Positions 1 through 11,476 of a stretch of DNA of 64,000 bases are shown one piece after another. The DNA lies in the NCBI GenBank assembly GCA_038087875.1, contig CM075990.1:18292001-18356000 (forward strand). Direction: 5' to 3'. A program made the position numbers and the translations under genes. The notes beneath the pieces were generated by a model. It made no database searches. It saw only the letters and a list, made by a program, of their open reading frames with translations, and was not told the origin of the DNA. Position 1 is the first letter of the stretch. Every line of letters starts with the position of its first letter. This DNA comes from Malacoraja senta. Taxonomy: Eukaryota.

Positions 1-532
1 TGTACAGTAAGTTGCACTCTTTACATCTAATTGCATACACCACATTCTTTTGCTCACAGGTTATCCTCTGTGCTATCTGGCCTTTCTTCCCTGTTACACT
101 GTTCTCTATATTTTTGGCTATTACTAAATGGGTGCAGGCTCCACACCGTCTCTGCCCACAGTCTGGGTCTGTGTGTAGACTTGTACTGACCAGGATGTCC
201 TTCAGATTTTTAGCCCTCTTGAATGCTGACATTACCTTGTACCCCTTTAGTGTGGCAAATCCCCTTTGGAATTGTTCAAAACGGCCCTTGACTATTTTGT
301 GGGCCTGGACTGCCATGTTGCCATATCTTGTGATTAGTGGCAAGTTCAATGTCGTCCCCGGCCTAGGTCTGGGTGCTTGTATGCTACTTAGAAAATCGGA
401 CTTAATGTATCTTAATTTCCTTTTGCAGTAACCCCTCTGTCTGAGGGCGGTGAATAGGGTGCTTGTGGCCTGGTTGAAATCCTCCTCCCTAATACATATA
501 CGGTGGAAGCGGGTCAGTTGTGACTTGACGAT

Positions 533-587
533 GACTGGGCAACGATTTTCCAGTTTCGCTATCACTGTAGCTTCGTCAGGGAAAGAG
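533..587 (-). ncRNA. Type I hammerhead ribozyme motif, 5' cleavage-product half (ends at GUC)
   Basis: Minus strand reads CTCTTTCC-CTGACGA-A-GCTA-cagtga-TAGC-GAAA-CTGG-aaaatcgttgc-CCAG-TC: CUGANGA and GAAA core, stem II, stem III, GUC triplet. The stem I 3' strand is missing. Confidence 0.85.
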
Positions 588-1319
588 ATCTAGTCCTAGC
601 CGGTTTTTAAAGGGTAGGTTGATGCTCCTCCCTTTCTGGGTGGAGCTTGCCATGTGTTGGGTCCTAGGACCGGTCACTTTGGTTGGGCACACCCTGTTTC
701 TTGTTTGGACTGGTTAGCCCTCTTCCTTTGTTGTGTTAGTTACCACATGTCTCTGGTATCTTGTATCCTTTATTGCTAATGTTTTCAGCCTCTGTTGATC
801 AATAAATGTGCAAAAATCTCTTGTCCACTATTATGTTCTGCAAGTATTATCATGGGGTGAGTTGTGCTTTGCCTATCCTGTCTGACCATCCTTTGGCTCC
901 CTCTCTGGTCCTCCCTGTCTCCCTATCCTAGTTTTAGAGTGTCCCTCACTTCAATCCTATGATTATTCGAGCCCACTCTATTTCGGTTTGTACTGTTATT
1001 CTCCATCATCCCCCCTTTGGTTTGGGTTTCACCCTCCTGACTCCATTTGAATCTTTTCTGTGGCCTGCTCCTTCTGCGGTTTTGATTTGCCTGAGTGATG
1101 AAGCCCGTGTCACTGTAAAGGTTAGGTTGTGATTTATCGGACAGTGGGACAACATGCCCTCTGGTGCTTATTGATCTCCCCCTGGGGATTCCTTTTCACT
1201 GTGTACTGTCACTTGGTATTTGGCCCACGGTTTCATCACCCTTGTCCAAATCTATTTGCCTTACACTTGCCCTTCCATAGATTTGTGGGAGTCAGTCAGG
1301 ATCCACCCTAGGTTTGAGT

Positions 1320-2120
1320 TTATGCTAGATTTAGGCCATTAGGCTCTTTTGTCTGTAGCGCTTCTATCCATAGCCTCTCTGCTCTCTTGCGTCTCCCTGT
1401 TGTCCAATTTATGTTTGTTTCCAGACCCATGATCTCTAGGGACTGGATCCCATGTTGCTGGAAGTGTCTGCTAATGGGTATGGATTGGTCTCCCCTTGTG
1501 ATGTTGCTGAGGTGTCCTGTCAGCCTGACTCTCATGCTGTTACCTGTTTCGCCTATGTACAGTAAGTTGCACTCTTTACATCTAATTGCATACACCACAT
1601 TCTTTTGCTCACAGGTTATCCTCTGTGCTATCTGGCCTTTCTTCCCTGTTACACTGTTCTCTATATTTTTGGCTATTACTAAATGGGTGCAGGCTCCACA
1701 CCGTCTCTGCCCACAGTCTGGGTCTGTGTGTAGACTTGTACTGACCAGGATGTCCTTCAGATTTTTAGCCCTCTTGAATGCTGACATTACCTTGTACCCC
1801 TTTAGTGTGGCAAATCCCCTTTGGAATTGTTCAAAACGGCCCTTGACTATTTTGTGGGCCTGGACTGCCATGTTGCCATATCTTGTGATTAGTGGCAAGT
1901 TCAATGTCGTCCCCGGCCTAGGTCTGGGTGCTTGTATGCTACTTAGAAAATCTGACTTAATGTATCTTAATTTCCTTTTGCAGTAACCCCTCTGTCTGAG
2001 GGCGGTGAATAGGGTGCTTGTGGCCTGGTTGAAATCCTCCTCCCTAGTACATATACGGTGGAAGCGGGTCAGTTGTGACTTGACGATGACTGGGCAACGA
2101 TTTTCCAGTTTCGCTATCAC
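1320..2120 (-). CDS. PLE C-terminal fragment: RT thumb end + Cys linker + GIY-YIG endonuclease
   Basis: NVVYAIRCKECNLLYIGET (GIY-YIG with CxxC), RLTGH, SRHFQQH, ERLWIEAL..PNGLN C-terminus, linker CGQRRCGAC. The listed GTG start lies inside the hammerhead; the first in-frame ATG gives MAVQ.. (183 aa). Confidence 0.8.
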   Translation of the reverse strand: MIAKLENRCPVIVKSQLTRFHRICTREEDFNQATSTLFTALRQRGYCKRKLRYIKSDFLSSIQAPRPRPGTTLNLPLITRYGNMAVQAHKIVKGRFEQFQRGFATLKGYKVMSAFKRAKNLKDILVSTSLHTDPDCGQRRCGACTHLVIAKNIENSVTGKKGQIAQRITCEQKNVVYAIRCKECNLLYIGETGNSMRVRLTGHLSNITRGDQSIPISRHFQQHGIQSLEIMGLETNINWTTGRRKRAERLWIEALQTKEPNGLNLA

Positions 2121-2142
2121 TGTAGCTTCGTCAGGGAAAGAG
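2088..2142 (-). ncRNA. Hammerhead ribozyme motif (representative of each 1561-bp unit)
   Basis: Same motif. Other copies have lowest coordinates 3649, 5210, 6771, 8322, 9883, 11444, 13335, 14896, 16457, 18017, 19578. Confidence 0.85.
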
Positions 2143-2880
2143 ATCTAGTCCTAGCCGGTTAGGGTTTTTAAAGGGTAGGTTGATGCTCCTCCCTTTCTGG
2201 GTGGAGCTTGCCATGTGTTGGGTCCTAGGACCGGTCACTTTGGTTGGGCACACCCTGTTTCTTGTTTGGACTGGTTAGCCCTCTTCCTTTGTTGTGTTAG
2301 TTACCACATGTCTCTGGTATCTTGTATCCTTTATTGCTAATGTTTTCAGCCTCTGTTGATCAATAAATGTGCAAAAATCTCTTGTCCACTATTATGTTCT
2401 GCAAGTATTATCATGGGGTGAGTTGTGCTTTGCCTATCCTGTCTGACCATCCTTTGGCTCCCTCTCTGGTCCTCCCTGTCTCCCTATCCTAGTTTTAGAG
2501 TGTCCCTCACTTCAATCCTATGATTATTCGAGCCCACTCTATTTCGGTTTGTACTGTTATTCTCCATCATCCCCCCTTTGGTTTGGGTTTCACCCTCCTG
2601 ACTCCATTTGAATCTTTTCTGTGGCCTGCTCCTTCTGCGGTTTTGATTTGCCTGAGTGATGAAGCCCGTGTCACTGTAAAGGTTAGGTTGTGATTTATCG
2701 GACAGTGGGACAACATGCCCTCTGGTGCTTATTGATCTCCCCCTGGGGATTCCTTTTCACTGTGTACTGTCACTTGGTATTTGGCCCACGGTTTCATCAC
2801 CCTTGTCCAAATCTATTTGCCTTACACTTGCCCTTCCATAGATTTGTGGGAGTCAGTCAGGATCCACCCTAGGTTTGAGT

Positions 2881-3681
2881 TTATGCTAGATTTAGGCCAT
2901 TAGGCTCTTTTGTCTGTAGCGCTTCTATCCATAGCCTCTCTGCTCTCTTGCGTCTCCCTGTTGTCCAATTTATGTTTGTTTCCAGACCCATGATCTCTAG
3001 GGACTGGATCCCATGTTGCTGGAAGTGTCTGCTAATGGGTATGGATTGGTCTCCCCTTGTGATGTTGCTGAGGTGTCCTGTCAGCCTGACTCTCATGCTG
3101 TTACCTGTTTCGCCTATGTACAGTAAGTTGCACTCTTTACATCTAATTGCATACACCACATTCTTTTGCTCACAGGTTATCCTCTGTGCTATCTGGCCTT
3201 TCTTCCCTGTTACACTGTTCTCTATATTTTTGGCTATTACTAAATGGGTGCAGGCTCCACACCGTCTCTGCCCACAGTCTGGGTCTGTGTGTAGACTTGT
3301 ACTGACCAGGATGTCCTTCAGATTTTTAGCCCTCTTGAATGCTGACATTACCTTGTACCCCTTTAGTGTGGCAAATCCCCTTTGGAATTGTTCAAAACGG
3401 CCCTTGACTATTTTGTGGGCCTGGACTGCCATGTTGCCATATCTTGTGATTAGTGGCAAGTTCAATGTCGTCCCCGGCCTAGGTCTGGGTGCTTGTATGC
3501 TACTTAGAAAATCTGACTTAATGTATCTTAATTTCCTTTTGCAGTAACCCCTCTGTCTGAGGGCGGTGAATAGGGTGCTTGTGGCCTGGTTGAAATCCTC
3601 CTCCCTAGTACATATACGGTGGAAGCGGGTCAGTTGTGACTTGACGATGACTGGGCAACGATTTTCCAGTTTCGCTATCAC
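2881..3681 (-). CDS. PLE GIY-YIG endonuclease fragment (array copy)
   Basis: Same 266-aa translation as 1320-2120. Confidence 0.8.
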   Translation of the reverse strand: MIAKLENRCPVIVKSQLTRFHRICTREEDFNQATSTLFTALRQRGYCKRKLRYIKSDFLSSIQAPRPRPGTTLNLPLITRYGNMAVQAHKIVKGRFEQFQRGFATLKGYKVMSAFKRAKNLKDILVSTSLHTDPDCGQRRCGACTHLVIAKNIENSVTGKKGQIAQRITCEQKNVVYAIRCKECNLLYIGETGNSMRVRLTGHLSNITRGDQSIPISRHFQQHGIQSLEIMGLETNINWTTGRRKRAERLWIEALQTKEPNGLNLA

Positions 3682-4441
3682 TGTAGCTTCGTCAGGGAAA
3701 GAGATCTAGTCCTAGCCGGTTAGGGTTTTTAAAGGGTAGGTTGATGCTCCTCCCTTTCTGGGTGGAGCTTGCCATGTGTTGGGTCCTAGGACCGGTCACT
3801 TTGGTTGGGCACACCCTGTTTCTTGTTTGGACTGGTTAGCCCTCTTCCTTTGTTGTGTTAGTTACCACATGTCTCTGGTATCTTGTATCCTTTATTGCTA
3901 ATGTTTTCAGCCTCTGTTGATCAATAAATGTGCAAAAATCTCTTGTCCACTATTATGTTCTGCAAGTATTATCATGGGGTGAGTTGTGCTTTGCCTATCC
4001 TGTCTGACCATCCTTTGGCTCCCTCTCTGGTCCTCCCTGTCTCCCTATCCTAGTTTTAGAGTGTCCCTCACTTCAATCCTATGATTATTCGAGCCCACTC
4101 TATTTCGGTTTGTACTGTTATTCTCCATCATCCCCCCTTTGGTTTGGGTTTCACCCTCCTGACTCCATTTGAATCTTTTCTGTGGCCTGCTCCTTCTGCG
4201 GTTTTGATTTGCCTGAGTGATGAAGCCCGTGTCACTGTAAAGGTTAGGTTGTGATTTATCGGACAGTGGGACAACATGCCCTCTGGTGCTTATTGATCTC
4301 CCCCTGGGGATTCCTTTTCACTGTGTACTGTCACTTGGTATTTGGCCCACGGTTTCATCACCCTTGTCCAAATCTATTTGCCTTACACTTGCCCTTCCAT
4401 AGATTTGTGGGAGTCAGTCAGGATCCACCCTAGGTTTGAGT

Positions 4442-5242
4442 TTATGCTAGATTTAGGCCATTAGGCTCTTTTGTCTGTAGCGCTTCTATCCATAGCCTCT
4501 CTGCTCTCTTGCGTCTCCCTGTTGTCCAATTTATGTTTGTTTCCAGACCCATGATCTCTAGGGACTGGATCCCATGTTGCTGGAAGTGTCTGCTAATGGG
4601 TATGGATTGGTCTCCCCTTGTGATGTTGCTGAGGTGTCCTGTCAGCCTGACTCTCATGCTGTTACCTGTTTCGCCTATGTACAGTAAGTTGCACTCTTTA
4701 CATCTAATTGCATACACCACATTCTTTTGCTCACAGGTTATCCTCTGTGCTATCTGGCCTTTCTTCCCTGTTACACTGTTCTCTATATTTTTGGCTATTA
4801 CTAAATGGGTGCAGGCTCCACACCGTCTCTGCCCACAGTCTGGGTCTGTGTGTAGACTTGTACTGACCAGGATGTCCTTCAGATTTTTAGCCCTCTTGAA
4901 TGCTGACATTACCTTGTACCCCTTTAGTGTGGCAAATCCCCTTTGGAATTGTTCAAAACGGCCCTTGACTATTTTGTGGGCCTGGACTGCCATGTTGCCA
5001 TATCTTGTGATTAGTGGCAAGTTCAATGTCGTCCCCGGCCTAGGTCTGGGTGCTTGTATGCTACTTAGAAAATCTGACTTAATGTATCTTAATTTCCTTT
5101 TGCAGTAACCCCTCTGTCTGAGGGCGGTGAATAGGGTGCTTGTGGCCTGGTTGAAATCCTCCTCCCTAGTACATATACGGTGGAAGCGGGTCAGTTGTGA
5201 CTTGACGATGACTGGGCAACGATTTTCCAGTTTCGCTATCAC
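4442..5242 (-). CDS. PLE GIY-YIG endonuclease fragment (array copy)
   Basis: Same 266-aa translation. Confidence 0.8.
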   Translation of the reverse strand: MIAKLENRCPVIVKSQLTRFHRICTREEDFNQATSTLFTALRQRGYCKRKLRYIKSDFLSSIQAPRPRPGTTLNLPLITRYGNMAVQAHKIVKGRFEQFQRGFATLKGYKVMSAFKRAKNLKDILVSTSLHTDPDCGQRRCGACTHLVIAKNIENSVTGKKGQIAQRITCEQKNVVYAIRCKECNLLYIGETGNSMRVRLTGHLSNITRGDQSIPISRHFQQHGIQSLEIMGLETNINWTTGRRKRAERLWIEALQTKEPNGLNLA

Positions 5243-6002
5243 TGTAGCTTCGTCAGGGAAAGAGATCTAGTCCTAGCCGGTTAGGGTTTTTAAAGGGTAG
5301 GTTGATGCTCCTCCCTTTCTGGGTGGAGCTTGCCATGTGTTGGGTCCTAGGACCGGTCACTTTGGTTGGGCACACCCTGTTTCTTGTTTGGACTGGTTAG
5401 CCCTCTTCCTTTGTTGTGTTAGTTACCACATGTCTCTGGTATCTTGTATCCTTTATTGCTAATGTTTTCAGCCTCTGTTGATCAATAAATGTGCAAACAT
5501 CTCTTGTCCACTATTATGTTCTGCAAGTATTATCATGGGGTGAGTTGTGCTTTGCCTATCCTGTCTGACCATCCTTTGGCTCCCTCTCTGGTCCTCCCTG
5601 TCTCCCTATCCTAGTTTTAGAGTGTCCCTCACTTCAATCCTATGATTATTCGAGCCCACTCTATTTCGGTTTGTACTGTTATTCTCCATCATCCCCCCTT
5701 TGGTTTGGGTTTCACCCTCCTGACTCCATTTGAATCTTTTCTGTGGCCTGCTCCTTCTGCGGTTTTGATTTGCCTGAGTGATGAAGCCCGTGTCACTGTA
5801 AAGGTTAGGTTGTGATTTATCGGACAGTGGGACAACATGCCCTCTGGTGCTTATTGATCTCCCCCTGGGGATTCCTTTTCACTGTGTACTGTCACTTGGT
5901 ATTTGGCCCACGGTTTCATCACCCTTGTCCAAATCTATTTGCCTTACACTTGCCCTTCCATAGATTTGTGGGAGTCAGTCAGGATCCACCCTAGGTTTGA
6001 GT

Positions 6003-6803
6003 TTATGCTAGATTTAGGCCATTAGGCTCTTTTGTCTGTAGCGCTTCTATCCATAGCCTCTCTGCTCTCTTGCGTCTCCCTGTTGTCCAATTTATGTTTG
6101 TTTCCAGACCCATGATCTCTAGGGACTGGATCCCATGTTGCTGGAAGTGTCTGCTAATGGGTATGGATTGGTCTCCCCTTGTGATGTTGCTGAGGTGTCC
6201 TGTCAGCCTGACTCTCATGCTGTTACCTGTTTCGCCTATGTACAGTAAGTTGCACTCTTTACATCTAATTGCATACACCACATTCTTTTGCTCACAGGTT
6301 ATCCTCTGTGCTATCTGGCCTTTCTTCCCTGTTACACTGTTCTCTATATTTTTGGCTATTACTAAATGGGTGCAGGCTCCACACCGTCTCTGCCCACAGT
6401 CTGGGTCTGTGTGTAGACTTGTACTGACCAGGATGTCCTTCAGATTTTTAGCCCTCTTGAATGCTGACATTACCTTGTACCCCTTTAGTGTGGCAAATCC
6501 CCTTTGGAATTGTTCAAAACGGCCCTTGACTATTTTGTGGGCCTGGACTGCCATGTTGCCATATCTTGTGATTAGTGGCAAGTTCAATGTCGTCCCCGGC
6601 CTAGGTCTGGGTGCTTGTATGCTACTTAGAAAATCGGACTTAATGTATCTTAATTTCCTTTTGCAGTAACCCCTCTGTCTGAGGGCGGTGAATAGGGTGC
6701 TTGTGGCCTGGTTGAAATCCTCCTCCCTAGTACATATACGGTGGAAGCGGGTCAGTTGTGACTTGACGATGACTGGGCAACGATTTTCCAGTTTCGCTAT
6801 CAC
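6003..6803 (-). CDS. PLE GIY-YIG endonuclease fragment (array copy)
   Basis: Same 266-aa translation. Confidence 0.8.
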   Translation of the reverse strand: MIAKLENRCPVIVKSQLTRFHRICTREEDFNQATSTLFTALRQRGYCKRKLRYIKSDFLSSIQAPRPRPGTTLNLPLITRYGNMAVQAHKIVKGRFEQFQRGFATLKGYKVMSAFKRAKNLKDILVSTSLHTDPDCGQRRCGACTHLVIAKNIENSVTGKKGQIAQRITCEQKNVVYAIRCKECNLLYIGETGNSMRVRLTGHLSNITRGDQSIPISRHFQQHGIQSLEIMGLETNINWTTGRRKRAERLWIEALQTKEPNGLNLA

Positions 6804-7553
6804 TGTAGCTTCGTCAGGGAAAGAGATCTAGTCCTAGCCGGTTAGGGTTTTTAAAGGGTAGGTTGATGCTCCTCCCTTTCTGGGTGGAGCTTGCCATGTG
6901 TTGGGTCCTAGGACCGGTCACTTTGGTTGGGCACACCCTGTTTCTTGTTTGGACTGGTTAGCCCTCTTCCTTTGTTGTGTTAGTTACCACATGTCTCTGG
7001 TATCTTGTATCCTTTATTGCTAATGTTTTCAGCCTCTGTTGATCAATAAATGTGCAAAAATCTCTTGTCCACTATTATGTTCTGCAAGTATTATCATGGG
7101 GTGAGTTGTGCTTTGCCTATCCTGTCTGACCATCCTTTGGCTCCCTCTCTGGTCCTCCCTGTCTCCCTATCCTAGTTTTAGAGTGTCCCTCACTTCAATC
7201 CTATGATTATTCGAGCCCACTCTATTTCGGTTTGTACTGTTATTCTCCATCATCCCCCCTTTGGTTTGGGTTTCACCCTCCTGACTCCATTTGAATCTTT
7301 TCTGTGGCCTGCTCCTTCTGCGGTTTTGATTTGCCTGAGTGATGAAGCCCGTGTCACTGTAAAGGTTAGGTTGTGATTTATCGGACAGTGGGACAACATG
7401 CTTATTGATCTCCCCCTGGGGATTCCTTTTCACTGTGTACTGTCACTTGGTATTTGGCCCACGGTTTCATCACCCTTGTCCAAATCTATTTGCCTTACAC
7501 TTGCCCTTCCATAGATTTGTGGGAGTCAGTCAGGATCCACCCTAGGTTTGAGT

Positions 7554-8354
7554 TTATGCTAGATTTAGGCCATTAGGCTCTTTTGTCTGTAGCGCTTCTA
7601 TCCATAGCCTCTCTGCTCTCTTGCGTCTCCCTGTTGTCCAATTTATGTTTGTTTCCAGACCCATGATCTCTAGGGACTGGATCCCATGTTGCTGGAAGTG
7701 TCTGCTAATGGGTATGGATTGGTCTCCCCTTGTGATGTTGCTGAGGTGTCCTGTCAGCCTGACTCTCATGCTGTTACCTGTTTCGCCTATGTACAGTAAG
7801 TTGCACTCTTTACATCTAATTGCATACACCACATTCTTTTGCTCACAGGTTATCCTCTGTGCTATCTGGCCTTTCTTCCCTGTTACACTGTTCTCTATAT
7901 TTTTGGCTATTACTAAATGGGTGCAGGCTCCACACCGTCTCTGCCCACAGTCTGGGTCTGTGTGTAGACTTGTACTGACCAGGATGTCCTTCAGATTTTT
8001 AGCCCTCTTGAATGCTGACATTACCTTGTACCCCTTTATTGTGGCAAATCCCCTTTGGAATTGTTCAAAACGGCCCTTGACTATTTTGTGGGCCTGGACT
8101 GCCATGTTGCCATATCTTGTGATTAGTGGCAAGTTCAATGTCGTCCCCGGCCTAGGTCTGGGTGCTTGTATGCTACTTAGAAAATCTGACTTAATGTATC
8201 TTAATTTCCTTTTGCAGTAACCCCTCTGTCTGAGGGCGGTGAATAGGGTGCTTGTGGCCTGGTTGAAATCCTCCTCCCTAGTACATATACGGTGGAAGCG
8301 GGTCAGTTGTGACTTGACGATGACTGGGCAACGATTTTCCAGTTTCGCTATCAC
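7554..8354 (-). CDS. PLE GIY-YIG endonuclease fragment (array copy)
   Basis: 266 aa, one L>I change. Confidence 0.8.
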   Translation of the reverse strand: MIAKLENRCPVIVKSQLTRFHRICTREEDFNQATSTLFTALRQRGYCKRKLRYIKSDFLSSIQAPRPRPGTTLNLPLITRYGNMAVQAHKIVKGRFEQFQRGFATIKGYKVMSAFKRAKNLKDILVSTSLHTDPDCGQRRCGACTHLVIAKNIENSVTGKKGQIAQRITCEQKNVVYAIRCKECNLLYIGETGNSMRVRLTGHLSNITRGDQSIPISRHFQQHGIQSLEIMGLETNINWTTGRRKRAERLWIEALQTKEPNGLNLA

Positions 8355-9114
8355 TGTAGCTTCGTCAGGGAAAGAGATCTAGTCCTAGCCGGTTAGGGTT
8401 TTTAAAGGGTAGGTTGATGCTCCTCCCTTTCTGGGTGGAGCTTGCCATGTGTTGGGTCCTAGGACCGGTCACTTTGGTTGGGCACACCCTGTTTCTTGTT
8501 TGGACTGGTTAGCCCTCTTCCTTTGTTGTGTTAGTTACCACATGTCTCTGGTATCTTGTATCCTTTATTGCTAATGTTTTCAGCCTCTGTTGATCAATAA
8601 ATGTGCAAACATCTCTTGTCCACTATTATGTTCTGCAAGTATTATCATGGGGTGAGTTGTGCTTTGCCTATCCTGTCTGACCATCCTTTGGCTCCCTCTC
8701 TGGTCCTCCCTGTCTCCCTATCCTAGTTTTAGAGTGTCCCTCACTTCAATCCTATGATTATTCGAGCCCACTCTATTTCGGTTTGTACTGTTATTCTCCA
8801 TCATCCCCCCTTTGGTTTGGGTTTCACCCTCCTGACTCCATTTGAATCTTTTCTGTGGCCTGCTCCTTCTGCGGTTTTGATTTGCCTGAGTGATGAAGCC
8901 CGTGTCACTGTAAAGGTTAGGTTGTGATTTATCGGACAGTGGGACAACATGCCCTCTGGTGCTTATTGATCTCCCCCTGGGGATTCCTTTTCACTGTGTA
9001 CTGTCACTTGGTATTTGGCCCACGGTTTCATCACCCTTGTCCAAATCTATTTGCCTTACACTTGCCCTTCCATAGATTTGTGGGAGTCAGTCAGGATCCA
9101 CCCTAGGTTTGAGT

Positions 9115-9915
9115 TTATGCTAGATTTAGGCCATTAGGCTCTTTTGTCTGTAGCGCTTCTATCCATAGCCTCTCTGCTCTCTTGCGTCTCCCTGTTGTCC
9201 AATTTATGTTTGTTTCCAGACCCATGATCTCTAGGGACTGGATCCCATGTTGCTGGAAGTGTCTGCTAATGGGTATGGATTGGTCTCCCCTTGTGATGTT
9301 GCTGAGGTGTCCTGTCAGCCTGACTCTCATGCTGTTACCTGTTTCGCCTATGTACAGTAAGTTGCACTCTTTACATCTAATTGCATACACCACATTCTTT
9401 TGCTCACAGGTTATCCTCTGTGCTATCTGGCCTTTCTTCCCTGTTACACTGTTCTCTATATTTTTGGCTATTACTAAATGGGTGCAGGCTCCACACCGTC
9501 TCTGCCCACAGTCTGGGTCTGTGTGTAGACTTGTACTGACCAGGATGTCCTTCAGATTTTTAGCCCTCTTGAATGCTGACATTACCTTGTACCCCTTTAG
9601 TGTGGCAAATCCCCTTTGGAATTGTTCAAAACGGCCCTTGACTATTTTGTGGGCCTGGACTGCCATGTTGCCATATCTTGTGATTAGTGGCAAGTTCAAT
9701 GTCGTCCCCGGCCTAGGTCTGGGTGCTTGTATGCTACTTAGAAAATCGGACTTAATGTATCTTAATTTCCTTTTGCAGTAACCCCTCTGTCTGAGGGCGG
9801 TGAATAGGGTGCTTGTGGCCTGGTTGAAATCCTCCTCCCTAGTACATATACGGTGGAAGCGGGTCAGTTGTGACTTGACGATGACTGGGCAACGATTTTC
9901 CAGTTTCGCTATCAC
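9115..9915 (-). CDS. PLE GIY-YIG endonuclease fragment (array copy)
   Basis: Same 266-aa translation. Confidence 0.8.
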   Translation of the reverse strand: MIAKLENRCPVIVKSQLTRFHRICTREEDFNQATSTLFTALRQRGYCKRKLRYIKSDFLSSIQAPRPRPGTTLNLPLITRYGNMAVQAHKIVKGRFEQFQRGFATLKGYKVMSAFKRAKNLKDILVSTSLHTDPDCGQRRCGACTHLVIAKNIENSVTGKKGQIAQRITCEQKNVVYAIRCKECNLLYIGETGNSMRVRLTGHLSNITRGDQSIPISRHFQQHGIQSLEIMGLETNINWTTGRRKRAERLWIEALQTKEPNGLNLA

Positions 9916-10675
9916 TGTAGCTTCGTCAGGGAAAGAGATCTAGTCCTAGCCGGTTAGGGTTTTTAAAGGGTAGGTTGATGCTCCTCCCTTTCTGGGTGGA
10001 GCTTGCCATGTGTTGGGTCCTAGGACCGGTCACTTTGGTTGGGCACACCCTGTTTCTTGTTTGGACTGGTTAGCCCTCTTCCTTTGTTGTGTTAGTTACC
10101 ACATGTCTCTGGTATCTTGTATCCTTTATTGCTAATGTTTTCAGCCTCTGTTGATCAATAAATGTGCAAAAATCTCTTGTCCACTATTATGTTCTGCAAG
10201 TATTATCATGGGGTGAGTTGTGCTTTGCCTATCCTGTCTGACCATCCTTTGGCTCCCTCTCTGGTCCTCCCTGTCTCCCTATCCTAGTTTTAGAGTGTCC
10301 CTCACTTCAATCCTATGATTATTCGAGCCCACTCTATTTCGGTTTGTACTGTTATTCTCCATCATCCCCCCTTTGGTTTGGGTTTCACCCTCCTGACTCC
10401 ATTTGAATCTTTTCTGTGGCCTGCTCCTTCTGCGGTTTTGATTTGCCTGAGTGATGAAGCCCGTGTCACTGTAAAGGTTAGGTTGTGATTTATCGGACAG
10501 TGGGACAACATGCCCTCTGGTGCTTATTGATCTCCCCCTGGGGATTCCTTTTCACTGTGTACTGTCACTTGGTATTTGGCCCACGGTTTCATCACCCTTG
10601 TCCAAATCTATTTGCCTTACACTTGCCCTTCCATAGATTTGTGGGAGTCAGTCAGGATCCACCCTAGGTTTGAGT

Positions 10676-11476
10676 TTATGCTAGATTTAGGCCATTAGGC
10701 TCTTTTGTCTGTAGCGCTTCTATCCATAGCCTCTCTGCTCTCTTGCGTCTCCCTGTTGTCCAATTTATGTTTGTTTCCAGACCCATGATCTCTAGGGACT
10801 GGATCCCATGTTGCTGGAAGTGTCTGCTAATGGGTATGGATTGGTCTCCCCTTGTGATGTTGCTGAGGTGTCCTGTCAGCCTGACTCTCATGCTGTTACC
10901 TGTTTCACCTATGTACAGTAAGTTGCACTCTTTACATCTAATTGCATACACCACATTCTTTTGCTCACAGGTTATCCTCTGTGCTATCTGGCCTTTCTTC
11001 CCTGTTACACTGTTCTCTATATTTTTGGCTATTACTAAATGGGTGCAGGCTCCACACCGTCTCTGCCCACAGTCTGGGTCTGTGTGTAGACTTGTACTGA
11101 CCAGGATGTCCTTCAGATTTTTAGCCCTCTTGAATGCTGACATTACCTTGTACCCCTTTAGTGTGGCAAATCCCCTTTGGAATTGTTCAAAACGGCCCTT
11201 GACTATTTTGTGGGCCTGGACTGCCATGTTGCCATATCTTGTGATTAGTGGCAAGTTCAATGTCGTCCCCGGCCTAGGTCTGGGTGCTTGTATGCTACTT
11301 AGAAAATCTGACTTAATGTATCTTAATTTCCTTTTGCAGTAACCCCTCTGTCTGAGGGCGGTGAATAGGGTGCTTGTGGCCTGGTTGAAATCCTCCTCCC
11401 TAGTACATATACGGTGGAAGCGGGTCAGTTGTGACTTGACGATGACTGGGCAACGATTTTCCAGTTTCGCTATCAC
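10676..11476 (-). CDS. PLE GIY-YIG endonuclease fragment (array copy)
   Basis: Same 266-aa translation. Confidence 0.8.
   Translation of the reverse strand: MIAKLENRCPVIVKSQLTRFHRICTREEDFNQATSTLFTALRQRGYCKRKLRYIKSDFLSSIQAPRPRPGTTLNLPLITRYGNMAVQAHKIVKGRFEQFQRGFATLKGYKVMSAFKRAKNLKDILVSTSLHTDPDCGQRRCGACTHLVIAKNIENSVTGKKGQIAQRITCEQKNVVYAIRCKECNLLYIGETGNSMRVRLTGHLSNITRGDQSIPISRHFQQHGIQSLEIMGLETNINWTTGRRKRAERLWIEALQTKEPNGLNLA

Noticed and set aside
1090..1125. Possible second hammerhead (CTGAGTGATGAAGCCC...)
   Set aside because: No exact CUGANGA core followed by stem II and GAAA; it is also antisense to the element.
1387..1986. 199-aa antisense ORF (MRLPVV...) and 60-aa MIYRTVG ORF in each unit
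   Set aside because: Non-ATG starts and no recognisable domain. The 199-aa frame is a shadow of the GIY-YIG frame. Both recur only because the unit is repeated.
2088..2120. N-terminus MIAKLENRCPV of the 266-aa ORF as a real protein start
   Set aside because: It is hammerhead sequence read through from a GTG. It is in frame only at some junctions and out of frame in the 1443-bp unit.
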